NCBI RefSeq assembly: GCF_963921235.1
Contig: NC_086109.1
Location: 16,680,001-16,744,000, forward strand
Length of the DNA: 64,000 bases
Direction: 5' to 3'
Source of the DNA: Mobula hypostoma
Lineage: Eukaryota
In this document: in pieces, positions 50,230-61,739 of the stretch
Position numbering within the stretch: position 1 is the first letter of the stretch
How the letters are laid out: each line of letters begins with the position of its first letter
The notes under the pieces: model-generated
What the model saw: only the letters and a program-made list of their open reading frames with translations
Databases searched by the model: none
Told to the model about the DNA's origin: nothing
Translations under genes and position numbers: made by a program

Positions 50230-50790
50230 GAATCAGAATTAGAATCAGGTTTAATATCATTGGCATTTGTCATGTGTTGCTGTTATGCTGCAGCACTGCA
50301 TTACTGTACATAATAATAAAAACTGGAGATTACAGTAATAATATATTTAAAAGGTTAAATTAAATAAGTAATGAAAAAAGAGGTATTGTTCATGGATTCA
50401 ATGTCCATTCAGGAATGTACTGACAGAGGGGAAAAGCTGTTTCTGAATCGTTGAGTGTGTGCCTTCAGGTTCCTGTACCTCCTCTCCTCCTTGTCCAAAA
50501 GAGGGCGTGTCCTGGGCAATGGGGGTCCCTAATGATGGATGAGGCATCGCTCCTCGAAGGTGTCCTGGATACTCTGGGGGCCAGTGGCCCATGACGGAGA
50601 TGGCTGAGTTCACAACTTTCTGCAGCTTAACCTGGATCCTGTGCAGTAGTCCCCCTCCCACCCCACGCACCTCCCCATACCAGACGGTGATGCAGCCAGT
50701 TAGAATGCTCTCCACAGTACATCTGTAGAAATTTTCGGGTGTCTTTGGTGACATATCACATCTCCGCAAACTCCTAATGAAACATGGCGG
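50230..50790 (-). mobile_element. Rex1/Babar-type 3' fragment
   Basis: SPKTPENFYRCTVESILTGCITVWYG...LFPSVSTFLNGH; (AGAATC) tail. Similar copies at 29940-30185, 32230-32800, 38178-38545. Confidence 0.85.
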
Positions 50791-52120
50791 CTGGGTTGAA
50801 AGGGAATGATCGAACGGTGGAGCACTTCGATGGGCTGAATGGCCCAATTCTGCCGCTACGTCTTGTAGTCTATAAGTAAGAGTATTACCTTTTAGTCTAC
50901 AACTGACAACTAATGGACCCAGTGGCTTGCAAGTGAAGAACTGGTGTTGGGATGTGTTGTAACGATATGGTAGAGCAAGGTCGTGGAAAGACTGGAATGC
51001 AACAACGTGAGTTTGCCATTCAAGGAAATTCAGAAGTGTGATGGATGAGAATAAATGATTCACAAAGGTACACAGAAATGCGGAATCAGTTTGAATAAAC
51101 CTGTCATGCATTAAGGTTGCTGCTTCCCTGCCTTCAGCTCATTCGCGGTAGGTTGTTATTCAAAACACACAGCAACATCTGAGCCGAATTTGCAAAGCTA
51201 ACACTTAGCCACAATGCCTCGTCCCAAATCCTTTCCACGGCAGTACGGCTCATTATCCATACTCTCCGACGGACGTAAAAGATCCCGCTGCTCTTTCTGA
51301 AGGCGAGCGGGGATGTTGTTTCTCAATCGGTAATACTAAGGGGGGGAAATGATAATCTGGGTTTTCACTGCGTTTCTGTTTGCGGGATGTGGTTTATTAT
51401 GCATGCTCCTGCCCCTCCTGATGGTGACCGCACGTTCTCGGTGGTGGAGTGCTTTGGGTTGTTCTAAGCTTAGGATGAGCGTTATATAAACGCAGCTCTT
51501 TCTTACTGACGCCTGAGAGCGTGTGGCTGCTTACTGAACAAACAGCATGCGAAAATGCTCACTGCTCACAGCCCAGTCTTGTTCCGGATTCGCAATCCAA
51601 TTATTTATCCTGCGTTTTGCCCCGTTCTGTTGAACTGGATTAGAATGTTATTTCAGTCTTACTCCCCCGGGCCCGCGCGTTGAGAACATTAATTCCGTGT
51701 TAAAATCCTGTGCAAAGTCACGTGCTTTAAACGACCAGCAAGGTAAAGTCGGCAAAGCTTGGAGTTCCCAAACTCGAATTTCAGTCCTCTGGAGTATACA
51801 CAAAAGCGGGTCATTGATAACATGTGAAGACAAGGCTTAGCAGTATGAATTTCCTGCCTAATCGACAGTAAGTAATAAAGCCTGTAAGGACACTGACAGT
51901 GAGGGATTTTCATTCTGCTTGTGCTGAGATGCATGAAGCAAAACAGAACTGAATTATTGGAATTATGCTGTTGTCTCCACATTGCCCACAGGCTATAGAC
52001 TTCTACACGTATAGATTATTTTGCACTGAAGACTTTCTTCAGATGAACATGTGAAACCCTTCACCAACATGCAGAGAGTTCTCACTGATGTTCTGGCAAT
52101 GGTTATTCTTAACCAGTATC

Positions 52121-53090
52121 ATTATGATCATTTTTCATGACACAAGGGAGAGGTTTCTGCTTGATTTTCAATAGTCTCCCAGGTTCATTTGAGCTAAGCT
52201 TCAGCTTACCCACCTCAGAAAGATATTAAAGAGTCTGGAAAAAGGCTCAAAGAGTAACTTCTGAGGCAATGGAGCCAAGTTCTCATCACTTTCTACTTTA
52301 AAAAATTGTGAATTTGTTCCTAATCACATTGATGGAACAAATTAGGCTTCAAATTGGCTGTTCTGTTCCCTAAATCACAACTTTTCAGAAACAATTCAAT
52401 ATTTTGTTCAATGAGCATATCATTTGGTGACTATCGCGGTTATGAGTGGCACCCTGGTCGGTGCTACCACCTCACCAGGCCAACAAGATGGCATTTGTTG
52501 ATCCTCGCCGTGGTGCCTGCATGGAGCTTGCACGTTTACATGGCTGCATGAGTTTCCTTCCGCTTGTGAAAGATGTGTCATTTGATGAGGTGGCTGGTCA
52601 GTGCAGATTGGCCCTAGTCAAGGTGGGCAGCAGAAAAATAAAGGACAGAGTTGACAGAGATGTGAAGGAGAAAATGTGATAAGGGTGCATTAGTATCTGA
52701 TGGTTGGCATGGACGTAATGGGCTGAATGGCCAGGTTTATTGCCACCAAGCCCTTGAGATGATGGGCAATTAGTTTGAGTTTCATTTAAACTGTTTTGCT
52801 GACTGACGGTAATAAAAACAGAATGCTTATCAAAGGAGCCAACATTAATTCCCATTGTGATCAAACACAATCTATAATGTGATGACATGCTTGTCTCCAT
52901 TGCTAAGGCTATTGCCTCAGAAGATATTGAGCTTGAGCCCTATTCCAGATAATTAAATACCTTTCTGAGGTAGATAGACTGAAGCCAAGCTTAAATGAAT
53001 CTGGGATACTATTGAAAAGCAAGCAGAAAGCTCTCCCCTGTGTCACGGCCAATCTAGCTTTTTTTTTAAATGGTGAATTTGATCATAATC
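52121..53090. repeat. Diverged long inverted repeat (arms about 52121-52350 and 52835-53090) with a SINE relic in the spacer
   Basis: tgacacaagggagaggtttctgcttgattttcaatagtctcccaggttcattt... matches the reverse complement of ...aaatgaatctgggatactattgaaaagcaagcagaaagctctcccctgtgtca. Confidence 0.85.
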
Positions 53091-53554
53091 ACATAAATGG
53101 GACCAAGCAGTCTTCTAGTTGGCTGCTCCGTACTCTCTAAGTCACAACATTCCAGAAACAATTAATTATTTTATAACGGCCTTTGGAACATCCTGAGATC
53201 AGGAAAGGTGATATATAAATACAATTTCTTTCTCTATAACATTATTCCATCAGTAGACATTTAAGAGGGGATGTGAATGGAAGGAAAACTATCAGGAAGT
53301 TGCTATCTCTTTATTTGGAGTGATAGGTGAATCAATATCATTCTTCAGAGCAGAAACAGCAGGGTAAAGAAAAGCCTTTATCCCTTTACAATCATTTCAA
53401 AAGAAAGCAGCCTTATTATTGAAAGGCTGGCTCAAGTATATTGAGCATTAGAACATCCATCGATGTCAAGATCCCATAAGAATCAGGTCCGGCTGGGTAT
53501 TCAGGAACCTGAAGATTGAAATGCATGTCAAAGTCAACTGCCAGATCAGGTACC

Positions 53555-54225
53555 AAGCACACTGACCTGACTTGGTCCAACCAATCAGAGTCCACTGCCA
53601 AGAAAGCCCACCAGCGCCTTTACTTCCTGAGGAAATTGAAGAAATTTGGTCCGTCCCCTAAAACCCTCACTAATTTTTATAGATGCACTGTAGAAAGCAT
53701 TCTTCTAGGGTGCATCACAATCTGGTATGGAAGTTGTCCTGTCCAAGACCGGAAGAAGCTGCAGAAGATCGTGAACACAGCACAGCACATCACACAAATC
53801 AATCTTCCGTCCTTGGACTCACTTTACACCGCACGCTGTCAGAACAGTGCTGCCACGATAATCAAGGACACGACCCACCCAGCCAACACACTTTTCGTCC
53901 CTCTTCCATCCGGGAGAAGGCTCAGGAGCTTGAAGACTTGTACAGCCAGATTTGGGAACAGCTTCTTTCCAACTGTGATAAGACTGCTGAATGGATCCTG
54001 ACCCGGATCCGGGCCGTACCCTCCAAATATCCGGACCTGCCTCTTGGTTTTTTTGCACTACCTTACTTTCCATTTTTCTATTTTCTATTTATGATTTATA
54101 ATTTAAATTTTTAATATTTACTATTGATTTGTAATCCAGGGAGCGGGAAGCGCAGAATCAAATATCACTGTGATGATTGTACGTTCTAATATCAATTGTT
54201 TGGCGACAATAAAGTATAAAGTATC
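53555..54225 (+). mobile_element. Young Rex1/Babar-type LINE 3' fragment
   Basis: DLTWSNQSESTAKKAHQRLYFLRKLKKFG...FFPTVIRLLN; (AAAGTAT)n tail. Confidence 0.92.
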
Positions 54226-54407
54226 ATAAAGTCCTAAAGGGTTTGCAAGGTAGTAATGTTGGCTATTTCATGCTCTCTGGAAGATAAGTTAGAGGATTTG
54301 GGATGTATAAAGAATTGCAAGCACTCTGAAAAAAAAATTTAGCCTGGGTAGTTGATTTAAAGTCAAGTTGATGCTTTTGGAAAAAAATATGTTCATTTCT
54401 TTTACAG

Positions 54408-54529
54408 CCACCAGCAGATGTACTCTTATTTTGGATTTTGAAGTGGAAAGGCAAGGGTGATGAGAATTATCTTCTCTCTTCTGTTAACTGTAACAATGTT
54501 CTTAGCAAAGATATTGAAGAAATCCATCA
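54408..54529 (+). other. Candidate exon (122 nt)
   Basis: ttcatttcttttacag ... CA|gtaagt; ATG 54460 gives hydrophobic MRIIFSLLLTVTMFLAKILKKSI ending in phase 1. Confidence 0.25.
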
Positions 54530-55107
54530 GTAAGTTCTTCAGGTCTTCCAGGGCAAATTTGGGTTTGTTTTCTCTGGAGTGAGGAGAAGCCTGTTAGAAG
54601 TTTATAAAATTATAAGAAACGTAGATAGGATAGACAGAACCTCTCCTGGGGTAGAAAGCCCAAGTAATAGAGGCTAGAGGATGTAAGAGGGTGGTGGGGG
54701 TATTTTAAAGGAGATGTGTAGAACAAGAATTTTACACAGTGAGTGCTGGGTGTCTGGAACCAGCTGCTTTTGGGTAGTGGTGGAAGCAGATGCAATCATG
54801 GGGTTTAAGAGACAGTTAGATAGACACATGGATATATAGGGAAAGGAGGGATATGGATCGCATATAGGCAAAAGAGATTTAGCTTAATTCAGCATTGTGT
54901 TTGGTGCTGACATCATAGGCCGAAGTTCTTGTGCTATGCTGCACTGTTCTAGGTTCTAAGACAAAACACATACACACTATCTTCCCAAGATGCTTATTCT
55001 CCAGCATTTTTGCACTGAAGGTAATTTCTTTTCACCCATTCACAAGATGGCCAACCTCATTTTTAAAACGAGCATTTATTGCCCTTCGTTGTCTGTCCGT
55101 AAGAAGG

Positions 55108-55545
55108 CAGTAGTAAACAGCATGGTTCAGAATGGTAAGCAGCATGTTCAAGCTGTGCAAGTCCTTTGTGAGGGAATTGTTCCCACTGTTCCATTGACTC
55201 AGGAGTTGCAGGATTTTCACCAGTAAAGGAAAATATATTCTCAATTCCAGTTTCTGTTTGACTTGTCAGTGAGATTGGATCACCCTGCAGCCATTGACTT
55301 TACAGTATCTGGTGCTGTCGAAAAAGTCTTGACAAAATAGATAGGTGCAGTTGCTCATCGGTCATCAAAGTAAATCATGCTAGCATTACATCTCGTTCAT
55401 TAAAGGTAATTTAATTCATCCACTGGAACCATCTTTCTTCAGAGGCTTACACCATAAAGTGTTGCACTAACCATGTCACCAATACCATACTGTGCTTTAC
55501 TGAAGTACGGTCAAAGACCAAGGAGAAGAGAGGCCAGGTAACCAA
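55108..55545 (+). repeat. Copy 1 of a diverged ~440-bp local direct duplication
   Basis: Collinear blocks shared with 57148-57608. Confidence 0.85.
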
Positions 55546-55809
55546 AAGCTTAGTTAGTTAGCCTTTAAGTGACATAATAAGGGAGGAAACAAATGCATCT
55601 AGAAGGAAATTCTTCAGGTCTCCAACAGTTAAGATGCAGCTACCAATAACCAAGAGGCCAGATCTGAAGAATTTTGTTTCCTCAGTGCTGAGCATGACAG
55701 AACTAAGGAGGGGCGATGCCATGCACAAATTTAAAAATAACTTTTGCTTAACTGGGAATCAGGGGTGGTAGAAATGAGCTTGATAAAGATACCAAATGTA
55801 CCATGTTTA

Positions 55810-56630
55810 AGTTTTCTAATGACACAAAGACGTGTAAGAGAGTAAGTTATGAAGACGACAGACGGAGACCGCCAACGGATATTGGTATGTTAAGTGAATG
55901 GTCAAAGTTCTTACAAATGGACGATAATGTGGGAAAGTATTAAACTGATAATTTTATCAGAAAAAGTTTTAAAAATAGGAAGTGCAATATCTAAGTGTGA
56001 GATACTGCAGAGTGCTCAGCGTATCCTGGTACATGATGTGCATAATTTGCAAAGAATTTCTACAGATACAGCAGGAAATAATGACAGTTAAAATTGACTG
56101 ACAAAATAGAATAAAAAGCGAGGGAGATTGTACTTCTTCTGCAAAGCCTTGTATACAGTATTTCTCCCCTTATCTTGGTGAGGAACTTAATGCATCCTAA
56201 CAGTTCAGAGAGTTTTATTCGACTCAGTTTTAGAATGGATGGGTTGTCCTCTGAGTAGAGGCTGGACTTGTATTCATTGCAGATTAAGAGCAGGAAAGGA
56301 CCTGACTGAGGTGATTTAGACAGGGTGGATGTGAAGGAGATCTTTCCTCCTTTGGGAGAACCACTGTTTAAAATAAGAGGTTCAAGACAAAAAATGAGGC
56401 AACATTTTATTCTCAGAGGGTCATGAATCTTCGTAAATCTCTTCTTCAAAGTGTGGTGGAAAGGGGGGGCTTTGAATATTTTAAAGGCAGAGTTAAAAGT
56501 ATATTTTCAAGGAAAGGATGGAAGGAAACTCAGTGCTGAGGTTACAATAATAAAATCAAGTGTTTAATTAAATACTGGAGCATGCTTTAGAAACTAGGTG
56601 ACCTCCTTTGCTCCTAATTTGCATGTTTAT
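55810..56630 (+). mobile_element. Highly decayed CR1 3' portion
   Basis: ttttctaatgacacaaag (FxxDTK), aaatgaggcaacattttattctcagagggtcatgaatct, CR1-like 3' UTR. Confidence 0.65.
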
Positions 56631-57147
56631 ATCTATAGCAATATGTTGGTATCACTATATGAACAATGACTTTGTCATATGAATTAGGATTACTGGTAAA
56701 GTCATAGAGCATAGAGCCAGGCCCTTCAACCCAATCAGTGGTTTCCCTCCAGGTGACGTGTACACGAAGGGATGGTATGAGAGACACTGACAGGAAATAA
56801 GAAATATTTAGAAGACAGTTCTATTGAAAATATGGGGCCAAGAAGAAGGAACACACTTGTCAGTCCCAACCTTGTGATTCCCCGTTTCCCATCACTGCAT
56901 GAGAAATAACTCGCATGCATCTTAATATGGAACTATAATGCTCCTGAATTTCAGAGCTACGCATCTCATTAAAAAGCATCTGATGCTTTAAAGAACGACT
57001 TGAATCTGACAGTACAGCCGGGGCCTGTTTGTATGATCTGGTTTCATACTACGCATCCGATGGTGATGTTTGGGGAAATGGAGGTTTGTGCCATTAGAAG
57101 GATTTTTTTTTGACCAATGGAGGTTTTATATATATGAATATATTAAA

Positions 57148-57608
57148 GCAATAGTAAAGAGCATGGTTCAGAATGGTAAAGAGCATGTTGTGAGGGAATT
57201 GCTCCCATGGTTTCATTGACTCCAGAGCTGCAGGGTTTCAGCAATGAAGAAAAATATATTTTCAATTCAGGGTGCTGTGTGACTTGTAGGTAAGATTGGA
57301 TCCTCCTATGGCCACTGACTTTATCTGGGCTGTTGGTAGTTGCTGTCGAAAAAGTCTTGACAAAATAAACAAGTGTAGTTGCTCATCTGTTAGGGATTGT
57401 AACACATGCATCGAATTAAATCCTGCTAGCATCACATCTCATTCATTAAGCTCAGACCTTCAGGTAACTCCGCTTCTGCAGAAACCAACTTTCTTCAGAG
57501 GCTGACACCATAAAGCATTACAGTAACTATGATACTACCACGTCACCCATGCTGTACTGTGCTTTACTAGAGTACTATTAAGGACCAAGATGAGAGGCAA
57601 GATGACTA
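57148..57608 (+). repeat. Copy 2 of the diverged local duplication
   Basis: gcatggttcagaatggtaa, tgctgtcgaaaaagtcttgacaaaata, ctttcttcagaggct and tactgtgctttact occur in the same order. Confidence 0.85.
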
Positions 57609-57630
57609 AATGATTGTTTTATGCTGTGTG

Positions 57631-58181
57631 CACTCAGTGGGCATGTTATTAGGTATACCTGTAGACTTGCTTATCAATGCAATATCTAATCAGCCAATCA
57701 TGTGGCAGCAACTCAATGCATAAAAGCATGCAAATGTGACCAGGAGTTTCAGTTGTTGTTCAGACCAAAACATCAGAATAGGGAAGAAATGTGATCGAAG
57801 TGACTTTGACCATGGAATGATTGTTGGTGCCAGACAGGGTGGTTTGAGTATTTTAGTAACTGCTGATTCTGGAATTTTCACTCAGAGCAGTCTCTAGAGT
57901 TTGCAGGGAATGGTGCAAAAAACTAACAAAAACGGTTTCCAGTGAGCAGCAGTAATGTGTTAATGACAGAGGTCAGAAGAGAATGGCCAGACTGGTTCAG
58001 GCTGACAAGGATGCAACTGTAACTCAGATAACCACATACTACAACAGTGCAGAAGAGCATCTTTGAATGCACAACACCTTGAAGTGGTTGGCTACAGCAG
58101 CAAAAGACCACAAAGATACATTCAGTGGCCACTTTATTAGGTACAGGAAATGGAGATACCTTATAAAGTGGCCACTGAGTG
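57631..58181 (+). mobile_element. Tc1-derived MITE, complete
   Basis: CACTCAGTGGGCATGTTATTAGGTA ... TACCTTATAAAGTGGCCACTGAGTG; extra internal TIR at about 58119-58144. Confidence 0.9.
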
Positions 58182-59059
58182 TGTATATATAAATAAAAAC
58201 TCTAATGATGCAAAAGTATGTAAATAAAAATATTAAGAAGAAAAGATATAGGGGTTCAATTCCCGCTGCTGCCTGTAAGGAGTTTGTACTTTCTTACTAT
58301 GACCTCGTGGATTTCTTCCCACAATCCAAAAGTACAAGTTAGGGTTAGTGAGTTGTGGTCATGCTATGCTGGTGCTGGAAGCATGACAACACTCGTGCGC
58401 TGTTTTAATTTGACGCAAATGACACATTTCACCGTACGTGTCGAAGTTCATACGAGAAATAAAGCTGATCTGATCATTAATCTCTTTTACGTATCTTCTG
58501 TATTTCAGTGGAGGGGTTGTTCTGGAGGATATGAAGGATTGTGGCAAATTAATTTATGTAAATACCACACACAGATAGTTGCACAGGGAAAACATATTAA
58601 CATTCAGATAGTTATACAGGAGCATTATATTTACATAAAAGCATATAAACTTAGAGACAGAAATAGATAACCCAAGGCACATATAGGAAAGATTATGCAA
58701 TGGCTTTTAATGCTTTTTAGAGAGAAGCATTTACTGTTTAATAATATCACTGCTAATTGTTTTCAATATATAAATATCCACAAACACTACTCAGAGAAAT
58801 AATCATGATTGTAATGAGGGCATGCTTTAGTTCTTAATGCAGTCTCTGCAACATAGCCTCAATTGAATATCCATGGTAAGCCATTATCTACCATCTACTC
58901 TGATGTCAATGAGAAATTTTGCACAGATTCTGTTCTTTATTTTGTTTCGCTTGAGTGAAAACTGGAAGTGGATTCACTCTCGGGTTTATATGTTTCATCT
59001 GGTTTTCGGCTGAGAAAGCTGGAAAGAAGACGCATTCACATGAATCCTTCCTTCCCATG

Positions 59060-59410
59060 TAGTTAGCTGTGTCAGTGCTCTTGGCTCTGAATCCGAAGGT
59101 TGTGGGTTGAAGCTCACCTCCAGGGAGTTAAGGCCAAATCTGGGTTGATATTCCTAGTGAAAATGTCAGAGGTTCTATCTTTTAGCTCAGATGATAAGCC
59201 AAGGCTTCATCACCTTTCTTAAACGGTCACAAAAGATTCCATGGAGCAAGGTCAGAGAATTTCTCCATGATGTGTTTTGACTACTATTTATCCCCCAAGC
59301 AACATGAATAAATACTAACAGATGATCACATTCTTTCTCCTGGGATAGATGTGTTGCTCGTGCACTTTCTCCTTTACAATAGTGGCTATTCTTCAATGTG
59401 TACCTAATAG
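59060..59410 (+). mobile_element. Ancient tRNA/Deu-domain-type SINE relic
   Basis: ctctgaatccgaaggttgtgggttgaagc head; aaaagattccatgg...tatttatcccccaagcaac core. Confidence 0.55.
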
Positions 59411-61130
59411 GCTATGTAATATTTTGGTATAACACATAAAGTAGCTGGAGGAGTTCAGTGGCTCAGGCAGCATTAGTGGGGAAACGGACAGTTTCAGGTC
59501 AAGACACTTCATCTGGAAAGACAAGAGGAGAGATGGTCAGTATATAGAAGTGGAGGGAGGGGTGGAGTAAAAGTGTGGTAACGCAGTGGTTAGCGCAACG
59601 GTACCATTGACCCAGGTTCAATTCCTGCAGTTGCCTGTGAGGATCTTGGACGTTCTCCCCGTGACCACGTGGGTTTCCTGCAGGTGCTACAGTTTCTCCC
59701 ACAGTCCAGAGATGTACCAGTTAGTAGGTTAATTGGTCATCGTAAATTGTCCTGTGATTAGGCTGGGGTTCAACTGAGGGATTGCTGGGCGAAGCGGCTT
59801 CAGGGGCTGGAAGGACCAATCCCAAGCTGTATCTCAATAAATAAAAAAGTAAATAAAGTTATAGATTGATCCAGATGGAGGGGGAGTGATAAACAGGTGG
59901 AGGAGAGGAGATTAGGAATAGTGCCCGAAGGTGGGAGGTGACAGCTGGAAGTGACAAAGGGCTGACCACAGGAGCAGAAGGTGGAGAAGGGAATCAAGGG
60001 AGGGCAGAGAGGAGAGTGGTAAGGGTAGTGAGTGGAATGAGTGCTTTGGGTGATGTGCAGAGGAGGGGAAACAGATGCGGTGAAGGGTGGTGGTGTGAAT
60101 GTAGGAAGAACTGGGTGGATCAGGAGAGGGAAAAGGAACAGATAGCCAGCAGTTTGGAGAAGTTGGAGAATTCAGTGTTCATGTAGTATGGATGCTGTAT
60201 TTTGGAATATTCTAAGGTTCTGAAAGGCATTATAATGTTCTTCCTCAAATATTTTTCAATACTCCTAAGCATAGTAATAATAAATATGTGTAAGTAACTG
60301 AATTGCAATTATCTCCCAGAGGCTGACCATTGCTTATTTGAGCATTGTTTCCTTTCATTCTTGTTCTATTTATCACCTCCATTCTACACAATAATAAGTC
60401 ATTCAGATCTACACAGAAAATAACACGGTTCCTGCCTTTAGGTCTTTCAAATGAAAATTGCCATAGTCTAAAGCCATTAAGTACACAAATCTGTGACATT
60501 TGCTAAAAAAAATTATGCTGTGTTAAGCTGTCTTTCATGGTGGTTTTGGCATTCATTTCCAATAGGCTAGGTCCATGGACAGGTTACAGAATCCCAGATG
60601 ATTTCTGTTGCAATCACAATTTAGGAAGTCTCTGATAATAGGATAGTGGAGGAGGCAGAATTACTGCAGAGGAGCATAGTTCTGTGGTCTTAACTGATTC
60701 ATACAGGACCGGAGAAAATGTTTATGATAAGCCACAGAGTACAGTGAGACAAGCATAGTGAAACGTTAATGTTGTACGGAGAGCAGTAGTGTCGAGTGGC
60801 AATGCATTGCGTAGATGGAACAGTCCATGTGATAGTTGTGCCAATGAATCTCATGATCACATAAGATGGAAAAGTAATAGACTACTGGAAATAGATGTTA
60901 AATCTTACAGAGCGTAAACATAGCAGGGCTATTTAATCTGTGGAAAGGTTCACAAGGATGCATCAGGACTGTAGGACTTGAGTTATAAGGGAGAGACTAG
61001 ATAGGATGGACTTCTTTTCCCTAGAGCATAAGAGGCTGTGGGATGAGTTTATTGAGGTGTATTAAATCATAAGGTGGATCATCTTTTTCCCAGGATAAGG
61101 GAGTCTAAAACTGGAGGATATAGATTAAGG

Positions 61131-61213
61131 CAGGAGTTCCTAACCTAGAATCTACAGACCCCTCAGTTAATGGTAAGGGTCTGTGGCATAAATAAAAAGG
61201 TTGGGAACCCCTG
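61131..61213. mobile_element. 83-bp hAT-type MITE
   Basis: TIRs CAGGAGTTCCTAACCT / AGGTTGGGAACCCCTG; imperfect 8-bp TSD GATTAAGG/ATTTAAGG inside a CR1 relic. Confidence 0.85.
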
Positions 61214-61280
61214 ATTTAAGGTGAGATGGGAAATATTTAAAAGTGGCAACTATTTGACACTGAAGATGCTGAATATATGC

Positions 61281-61707
61281 TGTTGCAAGAATGAAGTCAC
61301 CAGAGAAAATTACTGGTAGATACAAAGCAGCTTCTTTATTCGACAAAACAAGGTACAGCAGGCATCATATGGAGACGCCTTTGGTGGAAACGTCCCGCTG
61401 AACCAACATGGGGCTCGGTATTTGATGTGCCAAACATCAAAGGACAACTCCACATTTACAATGTATGGACAATTTTTTTTTCTTTGAAACTGCATGCAAC
61501 CTTCACTGCTCCTGATTCAATTCCCCACCACAGACATCCATATGAATTTTAATCAGCGTTGTCTGGACTGGGATTCATAGGTTTTAGCAACCCGTTGTTC
61601 AGAGCTGCTCTCCAAATTAAATGTACAATCCATATTCAGATGTGAAGACTGGGACTCAAAGTCAATTGTTAAATGTATACGTCCTAAACCCAAAAATCAC
61701 TCTAACA
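61281..61707 (-). mobile_element. Solo LTR (427 bp)
   Basis: TGTT...AACA termini; perfect 5-bp TSD TATGC (61276-61280, 61708-61712); AATAAA on minus at about 61335-61340. Confidence 0.85.
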
Positions 61708-61739
61708 TATGCAAATAACTGACAGGTATTTGGATTAAA

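Noticed and set aside
50896..51006. Plus segment between tttag and gtgagt
   Set aside because: Stops in all three frames and a weak acceptor
50398..51111. 237-aa minus ORF
   Set aside because: Chance read-through joining unique DNA, a CR1 sliver and a Rex-type fragment
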